Shown piece after piece: positions 40,985-49,188 of a stretch of DNA of 64,000 bases. The notes beneath the pieces are model-generated. The model was not told where the DNA came from and ran no database searches. It saw only the letters and a program-made list of their open reading frames with translations. Position 1 is the first letter of the stretch, and the number at the start of each line of letters is the position of its first letter. This DNA comes from an uncultured Candidatus Saccharibacteria bacterium. GTDB taxonomy: Bacteria; Patescibacteriota; Saccharimonadia; UBA4664; CAYXHD01. The position numbers and the translations under genes are program-made. The DNA lies in contig CAZPDI010000001.1 in assembly GCA_964585425.1 (NCBI GenBank), positions 4,804 through 68,803 on the forward strand, given 5' to 3'.

Positions 40985-41733
40985 TTGTCCACAAGCACGA
41001 CATCGATACCGCAGCTCGTCTGGCCGCCAAAGAGCGGTTCATGAACGAGTCATGGCTGGATGATCGCAAGGTGCGATCATGGTTCGCTTGGCTCGGTATC
41101 CGTCCTGACGGTCATCAAGCATTGCGCATCTTGCGCGCTGTGCATGCCACGGCTGCCACCGTGCGTGAGTACAAGATCCACCATCGCCACACGCGCTTCG
41201 GTCGAACGATGCGCCTGCAGCGCCGGCTCCCACCGTGGCCCGCCAAGTACGCGGATACCCCGGTCATCAATGCCGCGCAGATGCTGCTGGTGACTCAGCG
41301 CACGGACTACATCCACCTCACGGAGCTGACGCGACCAATTACGGGTACCAGTTATCGGCACGGCGACAATCGACGCGTCGATATGGAAACGTGCAAGATG
41401 TTCCTGGAGAACGTGCAGAGCAAGTTCATGCGCGAAGCCGTTTGGTCAGATGAGTTGGTATGTATCGAGAGCTTTGCGCGGCTCGGCCTGACGCCCGATG
41501 AGCTGCTGGTGGCCGAGATGGCTCTGATCCGTCTGATGAGTAGGTATCGGCACGAAAAGGGGCTTACCTGGTATCTGATGCCGACCTATGGCAGCCGGAG
41601 CCGCCGCTTGCACACCCTCACCATGGGTGATTTCTTGAACATCACCCGATTTCTCCAACCCAACTATGGCGACACCGACATGGAGTTTCTCATGACGCTG
41701 GCCGATCGTCTGCGTTCGCGACTTGCGACCTGA
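40981..41733 (+). CDS. High-GC hypothetical protein (250 aa)
   Basis: GC3 high. Translationally coupled to the preceding ORF. No family recognised. Confidence 0.45.
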   Translation: MIVHKHDIDTAARLAAKERFMNESWLDDRKVRSWFAWLGIRPDGHQALRILRAVHATAATVREYKIHHRHTRFGRTMRLQRRLPPWPAKYADTPVINAAQMLLVTQRTDYIHLTELTRPITGTSYRHGDNRRVDMETCKMFLENVQSKFMREAVWSDELVCIESFARLGLTPDELLVAEMALIRLMSRYRHEKGLTWYLMPTYGSRSRRLHTLTMGDFLNITRFLQPNYGDTDMEFLMTLADRLRSRLAT

Positions 41734-41764
41734 TCTCGACACATACCCTCGCGGGGGCTTTTCT

Positions 41765-41798
41765 ACGGAAAGGTCCCTGCGGGGGATCTTTCGTTTAT
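41765..41798 (+). terminator. Family hairpin ACGGAAAGGTCCC-TGCGG-GGGATCTTTCG plus TTTAT
   Basis: Near-identical copy at 42492-42525. Confidence 0.55.
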
Positions 41799-41801
41799 AG
41801 C

Positions 41802-41830
41802 TTGCAATATCAATACTTTAAATGTATAAT
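41802..41830 (+). promoter_or_regulatory. Predicted sigma70 promoter of module 2
   Basis: TTGCAA, 17-nt spacer, TATAAT. AAGGAG RBS at 41849. Confidence 0.5.
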
Positions 41831-41859
41831 TTGTAAATCCGTACGACCAAGGAGTACCC

Positions 41860-42231
41860 TTGACCGAAGCCAATACCCTACCCAAGGCCGATGCCAGCGT
41901 CAAGCTGTCCGACGACATCATCGCAAGCTGCTACGAGGGCTGCGATCCCCGTGAGTCCGATCGAGCTCGCGGCTGCATCGCCGCCCTCAAGGACCTGCTA
42001 CGGCTCGCCGAGAAGACGCCGAACGACGCGCGCTACCAGGAGATCCGGGAGTTCGACGCCGACACCCTGACCGTTGGCCAGTTCATCACCCTGATGTACC
42101 TGCCGGCGATGTCGCCGAATCAGCCCCGCCAGCTGATGCGCAACGTGCGTAGCAACTGGGGGCGACTCAACCAGCGAGTTCTCATCGAGCTGCGAGACAA
42201 GCTGGATGAGCGCTACGAGCCCCAGGACTGA
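41860..42231 (+). CDS. High-GC hypothetical protein (123 aa), module 2 gene A
   Basis: TTG start 6 nt after AAGGAG. GC3 high. Not similar to 40041..40415. Confidence 0.45.
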   Translation: MTEANTLPKADASVKLSDDIIASCYEGCDPRESDRARGCIAALKDLLRLAEKTPNDARYQEIREFDADTLTVGQFITLMYLPAMSPNQPRQLMRNVRSNWGRLNQRVLIELRDKLDERYEPQD

Positions 42232-42233
42232 TC

Positions 42234-42467
42234 ATGGGCATCTGGAACTCTCGGCGCAAGAAGACGACACCACCGCCACCTCCTCCTGCACCTCCTCCGC
42301 CGCCCGCGGCTGTCGCGATGAAGACTGCACCACTGGCGCCGCCACCGCGTCGCCGAATGACGGCCGAAGAACGCGCCGCTCTCAAGCTGCCCAAAGTGAA
42401 GGCCCGGCAGCGCCTGGCCAAGAACCGACGCGCCAAGGTCAGGAAGCGCAAGCACAAGAAGTCCTGA
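42234..42467 (+). CDS. Pro-rich/basic small protein, paralog 2
   Basis: PPPPPPAPPPPPAAVAMKTAPLAPPPRRRMTAEERAA plus a K/R-rich tail. About 85% nucleotide identity to the 40418 paralog in the central part. Confidence 0.5.
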   Translation: MGIWNSRRKKTTPPPPPPAPPPPPAAVAMKTAPLAPPPRRRMTAEERAALKLPKVKARQRLAKNRRAKVRKRKHKKS

Positions 42468-42491
42468 TCGCGCCCCTGTGGGGACTTTTCT

Positions 42492-42525
42492 ACGGAAAGG
42501 TCCCTGCGGGGGATCTTTCGTTTTT
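42492..42525 (+). terminator. Family hairpin plus T5
   Basis: ACGGAAAGGTCCCTGCGGGGGATCTTTCGTTTTT. Confidence 0.55.
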
Positions 42526-42603
42526 AAATGAGAAAGACCCAGGATTTCTCCTAGGTCTAGGGGCCAGGGATTCGACTACCCTGCACCCCCATCCACAACC
42601 TGT

Positions 42604-43035
42604 TCACGCCTGCATATCAGGCGGCAAGGTGAAGGCGTCAGGGTACGAGATGACCAGATCATTATCGTTCAACGGATAGATCGCGCCCCAGTCCGTAAGC
42701 ACGAACCGTTCGCAGAACGTCTGATCCACAGCACGAGCATACGCTGGTATATCACGCAGATCGTCTTTCGTCAGCTCTTGCCCCCAGTAAAAGGTCCCTT
42801 TGTCATGAGAGTTGTGAGTAACGACCTTGTCATCAGGACATATGAATGTGTAGATCTCTGTGAAATCAAAGCCGATAGCCCCTTGCTGGTGCTTAACCCC
42901 GAGAGGGTCACGGCCTGCCGTGACGATGGCATCAACTCGAGACAACACGCCAGTCGGGTATATGTAGCGAGCCACCAACAACTTGGTGGCGACCACGTCG
43001 ATGTGCTTGGTCTGGCTTTCACCCTCGGTATCCAT
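42604..43035 (-). CDS. Hypothetical protein
   Basis: 143-aa ORF. No family recognised. Confidence 0.3.
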   Translation of the reverse strand: MDTEGESQTKHIDVVATKLLVARYIYPTGVLSRVDAIVTAGRDPLGVKHQQGAIGFDFTEIYTFICPDDKVVTHNSHDKGTFYWGQELTKDDLRDIPAYARAVDQTFCERFVLTDWGAIYPLNDNDLVISYPDAFTLPPDMQA

Positions 43036-43119
43036 GATGCGCCCCTTCGTTGGTTGGACTTGAAAAGGATAGTTGCATAATACTCCCGGCAGTTCACTGC
43101 CGCAAGAGTAAGCGGTTTA

Positions 43120-43545
43120 CTAGAGCCCCTCTATAAATGTCTCGATAAAGCTATTCAGCTTGCTGCCAACTCGAGTAATGATCGAGTCTCGCTCCAAAAT
43201 CTTGGGCTTAGCTATTAATGTAGCGGCAATCTCATTGCGGCGTGGCTTGCGGCCAGTGAATAAGTAATCGTTAATCAGTTTTTGCAATTCATCGGTCATT
43301 AGACCTTCTTCAACACACATGGCCTCAAAAGCTTTAGCGCGCTCGACATTCCAGAACGAATCAAACTCACCAGCTACATCTTCAGGATTCTCGATCTTGG
43401 GTAGCGATCGGGCAATAAATTTCTCAATCAGCTCGCGCTTGCTACGCAGCACGGCATTGCCCATAAGCGTGTTATTAAGATTATCGATTATCTGAGCTTT
43501 TTTTGATCTTCCGACATAACCCCTCGCTTTGTGTCTATTGTACAC
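43120..43545 (-). CDS. Stand-alone fragment resembling the C-terminal helical domain of a type I restriction enzyme R subunit (possible remnant)
   Basis: 141 aa. The ..FW..E.AKAFE..C.EE.L....L.K.I..YLFT.RKP.R.EI...L..KPK.LER..I..R.. pattern is recalled from HsdR C-termini. No helicase or nuclease part and no hsdM/hsdS nearby. Confidence 0.3.
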   Translation of the reverse strand: MYNRHKARGYVGRSKKAQIIDNLNNTLMGNAVLRSKRELIEKFIARSLPKIENPEDVAGEFDSFWNVERAKAFEAMCVEEGLMTDELQKLINDYLFTGRKPRRNEIAATLIAKPKILERDSIITRVGSKLNSFIETFIEGL

Positions 43546-43680
43546 GTTTTCTTCTAATGTTTATATCTGTCGCCATCTTGACATATCGCTTGTGCTAGCA
43601 TATTATACGTATATCCAATGGTTGTACCATTCAACTGTCGGGGAATTACATCCGAGAGCGACCTTCTTTAAAGAGGGTCG

Positions 43681-44283
43681 TTATTTTTTTGCGCGGTACA
43701 CCAGCGGCTTGCCCCAAATATCCTCACTTATTCTCAAAATATCAATGTAGCCATCGCCCCCTGTAAGAAGTTCACTAGATACATTATTTTTAGATGATAC
43801 AATATATACTTTTTTATCACGATTGCGGATAAAACTCACAAGTTCGAGGAAGTCTGAGTCGCCACTAAACAGGACGGCCACATCGTACGAATTGACTAGG
43901 GCTACAGCATCAATGGTAAGCTCAACATCCATATTACCCTTTTCAATAATTAATCCACTACCAGTTTTTATCTGCTTGAGTGGTTTTTTGCGGACTATAT
44001 ATCCCATTCTTTTTTGCAGTGCAGTGTAGAAAGAATGCTTATTCGAAACACTATACTCTCGAGTACCAACCTCGGGATAGGCATCATAATAGTAAATCTC
44101 TAATACACTTGCATGGTATTTTACTTTCAGATAGTTTTTGAGTTTTTTCATATCTAAAAGAACCCCTTTGGTCTTTTGGGCCTGCCAGAGATTAGAGGCA
44201 TCAATAAAAACGTGAACTCTTTTATTCATATCATTAATTATACGGTATTTGTTCGGTATTAGTCGAGGCCGTAATGTCCCCAC
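43681..44283 (-). CDS. NYN-domain (LabA-like) protein
   Basis: VFIDASN...GNMDVEL...SGDSDF motifs. Paralogous in fold to 39316..39942. Confidence 0.65.
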   Translation of the reverse strand: MGTLRPRLIPNKYRIINDMNKRVHVFIDASNLWQAQKTKGVLLDMKKLKNYLKVKYHASVLEIYYYDAYPEVGTREYSVSNKHSFYTALQKRMGYIVRKKPLKQIKTGSGLIIEKGNMDVELTIDAVALVNSYDVAVLFSGDSDFLELVSFIRNRDKKVYIVSSKNNVSSELLTGGDGYIDILRISEDIWGKPLVYRAKK

Positions 44284-44393
44284 CGTGTCCGTTCTTCAAA
44301 GTGGGGTTTTTGAGCTCGAGAAAGTCGATGATGGGTTGGATACCTACCTTGGCCGAAGTAGTAACTTCTAGGCCTTTATCATTTATGTAGTGC

Positions 44394-44422
44394 TTGCTTT
44401 TTTATAAGTTTTATGCTAGTAT
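44394..44422 (+). promoter_or_regulatory. Predicted sigma70 promoter
   Basis: TTGCTT, 17-nt spacer, TAGTAT. AAAGGAAA RBS before ATG 44458. Confidence 0.4.
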
Positions 44423-44457
44423 ATACGCATCTTGGCCGTCTAGCAAAAGGAAACATC

Positions 44458-44868
44458 ATGCCAAGCGCACAGACCATCCTCCCTCTGACCGCCGAACAGG
44501 TGGCCATGCCCGTGACCGCTGCCATCCTCACCACGGAGGACATCATCGGCGACCACGGGAGGTACCCGAAGGACATCGCTCACAGCTTGTCCACCATCTG
44601 CGAGTTCCTGCAGGAGGTCAAGCGGGAGGTCAAGCAGAGTCCAAGGGCCTACCTCGGCTGGTTGGAGTTGGCGGATGAGAACGGGGTGCGCTTCAGCGAG
44701 CGCGATTACCCCAGCATCACCGCAGGGTTCCTCCTGGCCGTGATGGAATCCAGCGCCGCCTGGGGCACCGTGATGAAGCACGGTCCGGAGGACTACTGCT
44801 TCGAGCAGCTGAACATGCTGAGGACGGCGGTCTACGCCCTCCTCTTCAAGCGGTCGCTGGCTGGCTGA
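44458..44868 (+). CDS. High-GC hypothetical protein (136 aa)
   Basis: Start at the first ATG after the RBS. GC3 high. Confidence 0.5.
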   Translation: MPSAQTILPLTAEQVAMPVTAAILTTEDIIGDHGRYPKDIAHSLSTICEFLQEVKREVKQSPRAYLGWLELADENGVRFSERDYPSITAGFLLAVMESSAAWGTVMKHGPEDYCFEQLNMLRTAVYALLFKRSLAG

Positions 44869-44894
44869 GGTTCTTCCTCCGCCAGCACCACGCC

Positions 44895-44934
44895 CCACTC
44901 GGGGTCTTCTACGGAAGACTCCGAGTGGGTTTTT
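44895..44934 (+). terminator. Hairpin CCACTCGGGGTCTTC-TACG-GAAGACTCCGAGTGG plus T5 and CGTTTAT
   Basis: 15-bp near-perfect stem. The CTACGGAAG and TTTCGTTTAT tail is shared with the hairpin family. Confidence 0.55.
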
Positions 44935-44944
44935 CGTTTATGCC

Positions 44945-46777
44945 TTACTTTTTGTTATTAGCGGCGCGCTTGCGCATGGAGGGGTTGAGTTCGCGTTTGC
45001 GGAGGCGGAGACTCTTGGGTGTGACTTCCAATAGCTCGTCGTTTTCCAGGAAGTCGATGCATTGTTCGAGGCTAAAAATAGTGTGTGGCGTGAGGCGGAC
45101 AGTGCCGTCACTGGATGAGCTACGCATGTTAGTGAGGTGTTTTTCTTTACAGACATTCATTTCCATATCGTCACCGCGGCTGTTGAGACCGACGATCTGA
45201 CCAGCGTAGACTTTGACGCCAGGACCAACGTACATGGTGCCGCGTTCTTCGGCCATTTGCAGGGCGTACGGCGTGGTCGTGCCAGTTTCGAAGGCAATCA
45301 GGGCACCGTTACGAAGTTGCTGCAGGGCGGGACCTTGCGGTTCGTAACCAACCATCAAGCTGTTCATGATAATTGTGCCCTTAGTGGCAGTTACTAAGAC
45401 GTTTCGAAGACCAAGTAAGGCTCGGGTTGGGAGTTCGTACACCAGTTTAGTGACGCCAGCGGCGTTGGCGAACTGCTCTTTAACGGTGGCGCGGCGTTGG
45501 CCAAGCTCCATTTGGACGGCACCGACGTATTCGGCCGGAACTTCGATGATGAGCTCTTCGATTGGCTCCATGGTCTTGCCGTTTTCTTGCTTGGTAACAA
45601 CTTGCGGGCGGCCAACTTCTAGCTCGTATCCTTCGCGGCGCATAGTTTCGATGAGCACCGACAGGTGTAGTTCGCCACGACCACTAACTAAATTGCCAAT
45701 TCCGCTGGGCTCGACACGCAGGCCAATATTGGTCTCCAGTTCTTTTTCGAGCCGTTCACCGATTTGACGGCTGGTAGTAAACTCACCTTCTAGACCCTTG
45801 AATGGACTAGTGTTTGGTCCTAGGTAAATCTGCAATGTTGGAGCTTCGATTTCCAGCACTGGTAGAGCTTCGGGCTGTTCGGCATCAGCAATGGTTTCAC
45901 CAATCTTGGCGTTAGCAATACCAGTAAGCTGGATAATCTCACCAGCAATGGCGCTGTCCACCGGATACTTGCTCACGCCTTGGCTGGCAAACACGCCATC
46001 AACTTTGGCTTTAGATTGCTTACCGTCTTTATCGATAAGGGTAACAGCATCACCAGTTTTAACACTACCGCGGGTAATGCGACCAACAGCGTATTTACCC
46101 TTAAATGAATCATACGAGAGAGCAGTGACAAGCATCTGGAAAGGCTTATCGAGCTCTACGTCTGGCGCAGGAATATCGTTCTTAATGGCAGTAAAGATTA
46201 CCTCCAGGTTAGCATCTTCTTCGGGATTAGCTGGCACCCCGGCCCAAGCTTTACCGGCGCGACCAATGGCGTAATAAATTGGGTAAAAGAGTTGATCTTC
46301 GTGCACGGCCAGCTCGAGGAAGAGGTCAGCTAATTCTTCTTCGACTTCGGCAATACGACTACCTGGCTTATCAATTTTGTTAATAACAACGATAGGCTTG
46401 AGACCCATGGCAAGTGCCTTAGAAAGCACAAACTTAGTTTGTGGCATCGGACCTTCTTGGGCGTCGACTATCAGTAAACAGCCGTCTGCCATATTAAGGG
46501 TTCGCTCTACCTCACCACCAAAGTCGGCGTGTCCAGGCGTATCGATAATATTAATGCGGATATCATCGTGCTGCACGGCCGTAACTTTAGCGGTAATAGT
46601 AATACCGCGCTCGCGCTCTTGGTCGCCACTATCCATGATCAGTTCTTGACCCATCTCGGCCTGGTTATCACGAAAGATTTTTGACTGCTTTAACAGGCCA
46701 TCTACCAGGGTAGTTTTACCGTGATCGACGTGAGCAATAATAGCAATATTACGAATGTTTTTTGGATCTTGTTGCAT
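44945..46777 (-). CDS. typA: Translational GTPase TypA/BipA
   Basis: [23 protein letters not shown]-motifs. 610-aa BipA architecture. Confidence 0.95.
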   Translation of the reverse strand: MQQDPKNIRNIAIIAHVDHGKTTLVDGLLKQSKIFRDNQAEMGQELIMDSGDQERERGITITAKVTAVQHDDIRINIIDTPGHADFGGEVERTLNMADGCLLIVDAQEGPMPQTKFVLSKALAMGLKPIVVINKIDKPGSRIAEVEEELADLFLELAVHEDQLFYPIYYAIGRAGKAWAGVPANPEEDANLEVIFTAIKNDIPAPDVELDKPFQMLVTALSYDSFKGKYAVGRITRGSVKTGDAVTLIDKDGKQSKAKVDGVFASQGVSKYPVDSAIAGEIIQLTGIANAKIGETIADAEQPEALPVLEIEAPTLQIYLGPNTSPFKGLEGEFTTSRQIGERLEKELETNIGLRVEPSGIGNLVSGRGELHLSVLIETMRREGYELEVGRPQVVTKQENGKTMEPIEELIIEVPAEYVGAVQMELGQRRATVKEQFANAAGVTKLVYELPTRALLGLRNVLVTATKGTIIMNSLMVGYEPQGPALQQLRNGALIAFETGTTTPYALQMAEERGTMYVGPGVKVYAGQIVGLNSRGDDMEMNVCKEKHLTNMRSSSSDGTVRLTPHTIFSLEQCIDFLENDELLEVTPKSLRLRKRELNPSMRKRAANNKK

Positions 46778-46883
46778 TAAAAAACGCCTCCCCGGCGTGC
46801 TAGGTATTATTAGAGTAATTATAGCATAAATATCCTAAATATCATACAATTAGACAGTTCGCCCATCTACTAAAGGGGAAGTA

Positions 46884-47258
46884 GTGCACCTCACTAATCC
46901 AAGTCGCCGCCGAACTGATTCTGACGTGGTCATGCTGGTTCGTACGCCAGGTGGCCACCTGGCTGTGCTGGTCTTTACTGCTACAGCCCGTGGACAACGC
47001 CTTCGTCTGGATAGTCAAACATGGAATGGTGTGACGTTTGACGATATGGATGACGCCATCAAAGCGCTCCAGGAAACGGCCGACGCTCACTTGATTACCG
47101 AGAACAACCGTGTGACGGACACGTTGCTTCATGCCAATCCATTGGATTCGCACTTCTTCTTGATGGAGCCCTGGGATCACAAACGCTTCATCGAAGCGAT
47201 CAAACGGGATGGTCTGTTCGATTGTCAGCGTCCGGTGTTCACACCCGTCACCCGCTGA
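46884..47258 (+). CDS. Hypothetical protein (124 aa, moderately GC-elevated)
   Basis: GTG start after AAAGGGGA. Followed by a hairpin plus CGTCGTTTATAAGG, resembling the cassette terminator tail. Confidence 0.35.
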   Translation: MHLTNPSRRRTDSDVVMLVRTPGGHLAVLVFTATARGQRLRLDSQTWNGVTFDDMDDAIKALQETADAHLITENNRVTDTLLHANPLDSHFFLMEPWDHKRFIEAIKRDGLFDCQRPVFTPVTR

Positions 47259-47326
47259 TTTCAGTAGCACCCACCTACGACAAGCCCACCGCTGGTTGTA
47301 GGTGGGCTTCGTCGTTTATAAGGTTA

Positions 47327-48412
47327 TTAGATGTTGTAGACAGGTTTGCCGAGAGCACGACCAACGGCTTGCGTAAGAGCACCCATGCCCATAATGTACA
47401 CCGCCATACCGGCAAAGATATTTAGCACCGGTACGAGATAAACCAGCAAGACTACGAGTGAACCGACGGCCATGATTACTAGCGGCTGATGCGAGTCTTG
47501 CAGTAATTTTCGACCGACAACGTAGGCTACCACCGGCCCAGACAAAATGCCAGCTCCTGCCCATACTATTCCAAGCAACAGAGCTAATGGAATGCCGACT
47601 ATTGTTACCAGGAGCAAGACCAAGACAAAAGGAAGTAAAAAGGTGGTTATGAGGCCAATGGCCAAGGTTTTGCTAGGTTTGGTTAGCACCAACTCCGCTA
47701 ACCCATTAAAGCGACGAGGAGCTACTATCACCAGCAGCATAGCAGTAATGAACATCATTAAATTAATGAAGAACAAGAAGCCCAGCCCAGCTTTAGGCGC
47801 GCTCTCTTTTGCTGATTCCTTGGCTTTGTTGTCTGGCGATTTGACCTGATTTACGGTTCCGTCCACCGAACCGGCGGAGACTGTTAAGTCATCGGTGCGG
47901 GCATCGAAATTACGAGCAACGTTGCCGGTAACTGTAACGGTAGCCCCGGCAGCATAAGCATCACGCGCTAGATTACCGGCTACCAAAACACTGGATCCGG
48001 CCAGTGTGGCGTCACCGCCAATTTTGGCATCTGGTTCAACGCTAACACTCTGGCCGGCTAGACTAATGGCACGCTGCACAGTGCCCGCTATACTCACGCT
48101 TTGGCCCGCAGCTCTGACACTGCCGTTAACCGTACCGCCGATTCTCACCTCTTGACCGGCGCACATCACATCGCCGTTAACCGTGCCGGTAACAAATACC
48201 GTTTTACCTGCACAAAATACATCGCCGTTAACTGTGCCCGCAATAGTAACGGTACTACCGGTAACAAATAAACTATGATCCACCACTTCCGTCGGTGATA
48301 CGACTGTATTGGTTCCAGATCGATATGGTTGATTGGCTGCTACAGCTACGCCGCCAAAGACAAAAATAGCCAACACCGCTGTAAGTGTCGACGTGAATGC
48401 TAATCGCTTCAT
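47327..48412 (-). CDS. Secreted/membrane protein with bactofilin-like repeats and a C-terminal multi-TM domain
   Basis: Signal peptide. Repeated (V/I)xGTVNGDV / AGQSVSIAGTV units. About five C-terminal TM helices. Confidence 0.45.
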   Translation of the reverse strand: MKRLAFTSTLTAVLAIFVFGGVAVAANQPYRSGTNTVVSPTEVVDHSLFVTGSTVTIAGTVNGDVFCAGKTVFVTGTVNGDVMCAGQEVRIGGTVNGSVRAAGQSVSIAGTVQRAISLAGQSVSVEPDAKIGGDATLAGSSVLVAGNLARDAYAAGATVTVTGNVARNFDARTDDLTVSAGSVDGTVNQVKSPDNKAKESAKESAPKAGLGFLFFINLMMFITAMLLVIVAPRRFNGLAELVLTKPSKTLAIGLITTFLLPFVLVLLLVTIVGIPLALLLGIVWAGAGILSGPVVAYVVGRKLLQDSHQPLVIMAVGSLVVLLVYLVPVLNIFAGMAVYIMGMGALTQAVGRALGKPVYNI

Positions 48413-48436
48413 AATGCTCCTGCCCTTATAGTTGTA

Positions 48437-49159
48437 TCATACGCCCGCATTACGGCGCTTGGCAAGCCACATTTTTCGCTCTTGGGAGTTAAAATGTTCA
48501 ATGGCATAACGCAAGGTTGTTCGTGGCATAGTCGCAGCATGTTTTTGTAAAAAATCACGTAACAAATTGGGGTCGACTCGCTTACCCATTTCGCGTAACA
48601 TCCAACCGACGGCTTTATGCATTAAGTCTTGTTTATCATTGATGAGCAGTTCGGCAATTTCGAGGGTTGGACCAGGCTCACCCTTAGTGAGGTAATAATG
48701 GGTGGCGATCATGGCGATGCGCCGCTCCCACATATTTGAAGAGGCGGCGAGGTCCGGCAGTACTTTCGAGTTGGGATACGCAAAGAGATATCCCCCAACG
48801 ATTTGCCGGGCGCTACTATCGACGATATCCCAGTTATTTATATGCGCGGTATTTGCCAAATAGAAATCATATATAATTTTTTGTTGCTGGGTGGCGCCGC
48901 GTTCAAATTGCTTAACGAGTATGATGACGGCTAATAATCGATCTTCGTGCCAAGTACTTTGCAGCAATTTCTTTATCTCAGACAATGACAAATCTTTTCC
49001 AGTTTTGGCCACCTTACGAATATTCGGTACCGTCACGCCAATAAATTCATCGCCTTCGCCATACTCACCCGGTCCAGTCTTAAAAAAATGTGGAAAAAAG
49101 GCGGCCTTTTCTGGGTTAACATAGTCGAGCAATAATTGATGTAAAGACTCGGCGCTCAT
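48437..49159 (-). CDS. DNA alkylation repair protein (AlkD/AlkC-like HEAT-repeat glycosylase family)
   Basis: 240 aa. The AAFFPHFFKTGPGEYGEGDEFIGV N-terminus is typical of the family. Confidence 0.6.
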   Translation of the reverse strand: MSAESLHQLLLDYVNPEKAAFFPHFFKTGPGEYGEGDEFIGVTVPNIRKVAKTGKDLSLSEIKKLLQSTWHEDRLLAVIILVKQFERGATQQQKIIYDFYLANTAHINNWDIVDSSARQIVGGYLFAYPNSKVLPDLAASSNMWERRIAMIATHYYLTKGEPGPTLEIAELLINDKQDLMHKAVGWMLREMGKRVDPNLLRDFLQKHAATMPRTTLRYAIEHFNSQERKMWLAKRRNAGV

Positions 49160-49188
49160 ACTACACTCTTAATACGTTAAAAATCATT

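Noticed and set aside
40646-42525. Possible CRISPR array, because the same ~30-nt GC hairpin repeats three times
   Set aside because: The repeats are separated by 0.7-1.1 kb of protein-coding sequence rather than 30-40-bp spacers. They sit at mRNA 3' ends with U-tails. No cas genes are present.
42545-42600. tRNA-like 3' fragment (GGGGCCAGGGATTCGACTACCCTGCACCCCCA) that could be an att site of an integrated island
   Set aside because: The T-loop would be 9 nt rather than 7. There is no matching 5' acceptor strand, no CCA, and no direct repeat of it elsewhere in the window. It is most likely a simple hairpin (CAGGG/CCCTG).
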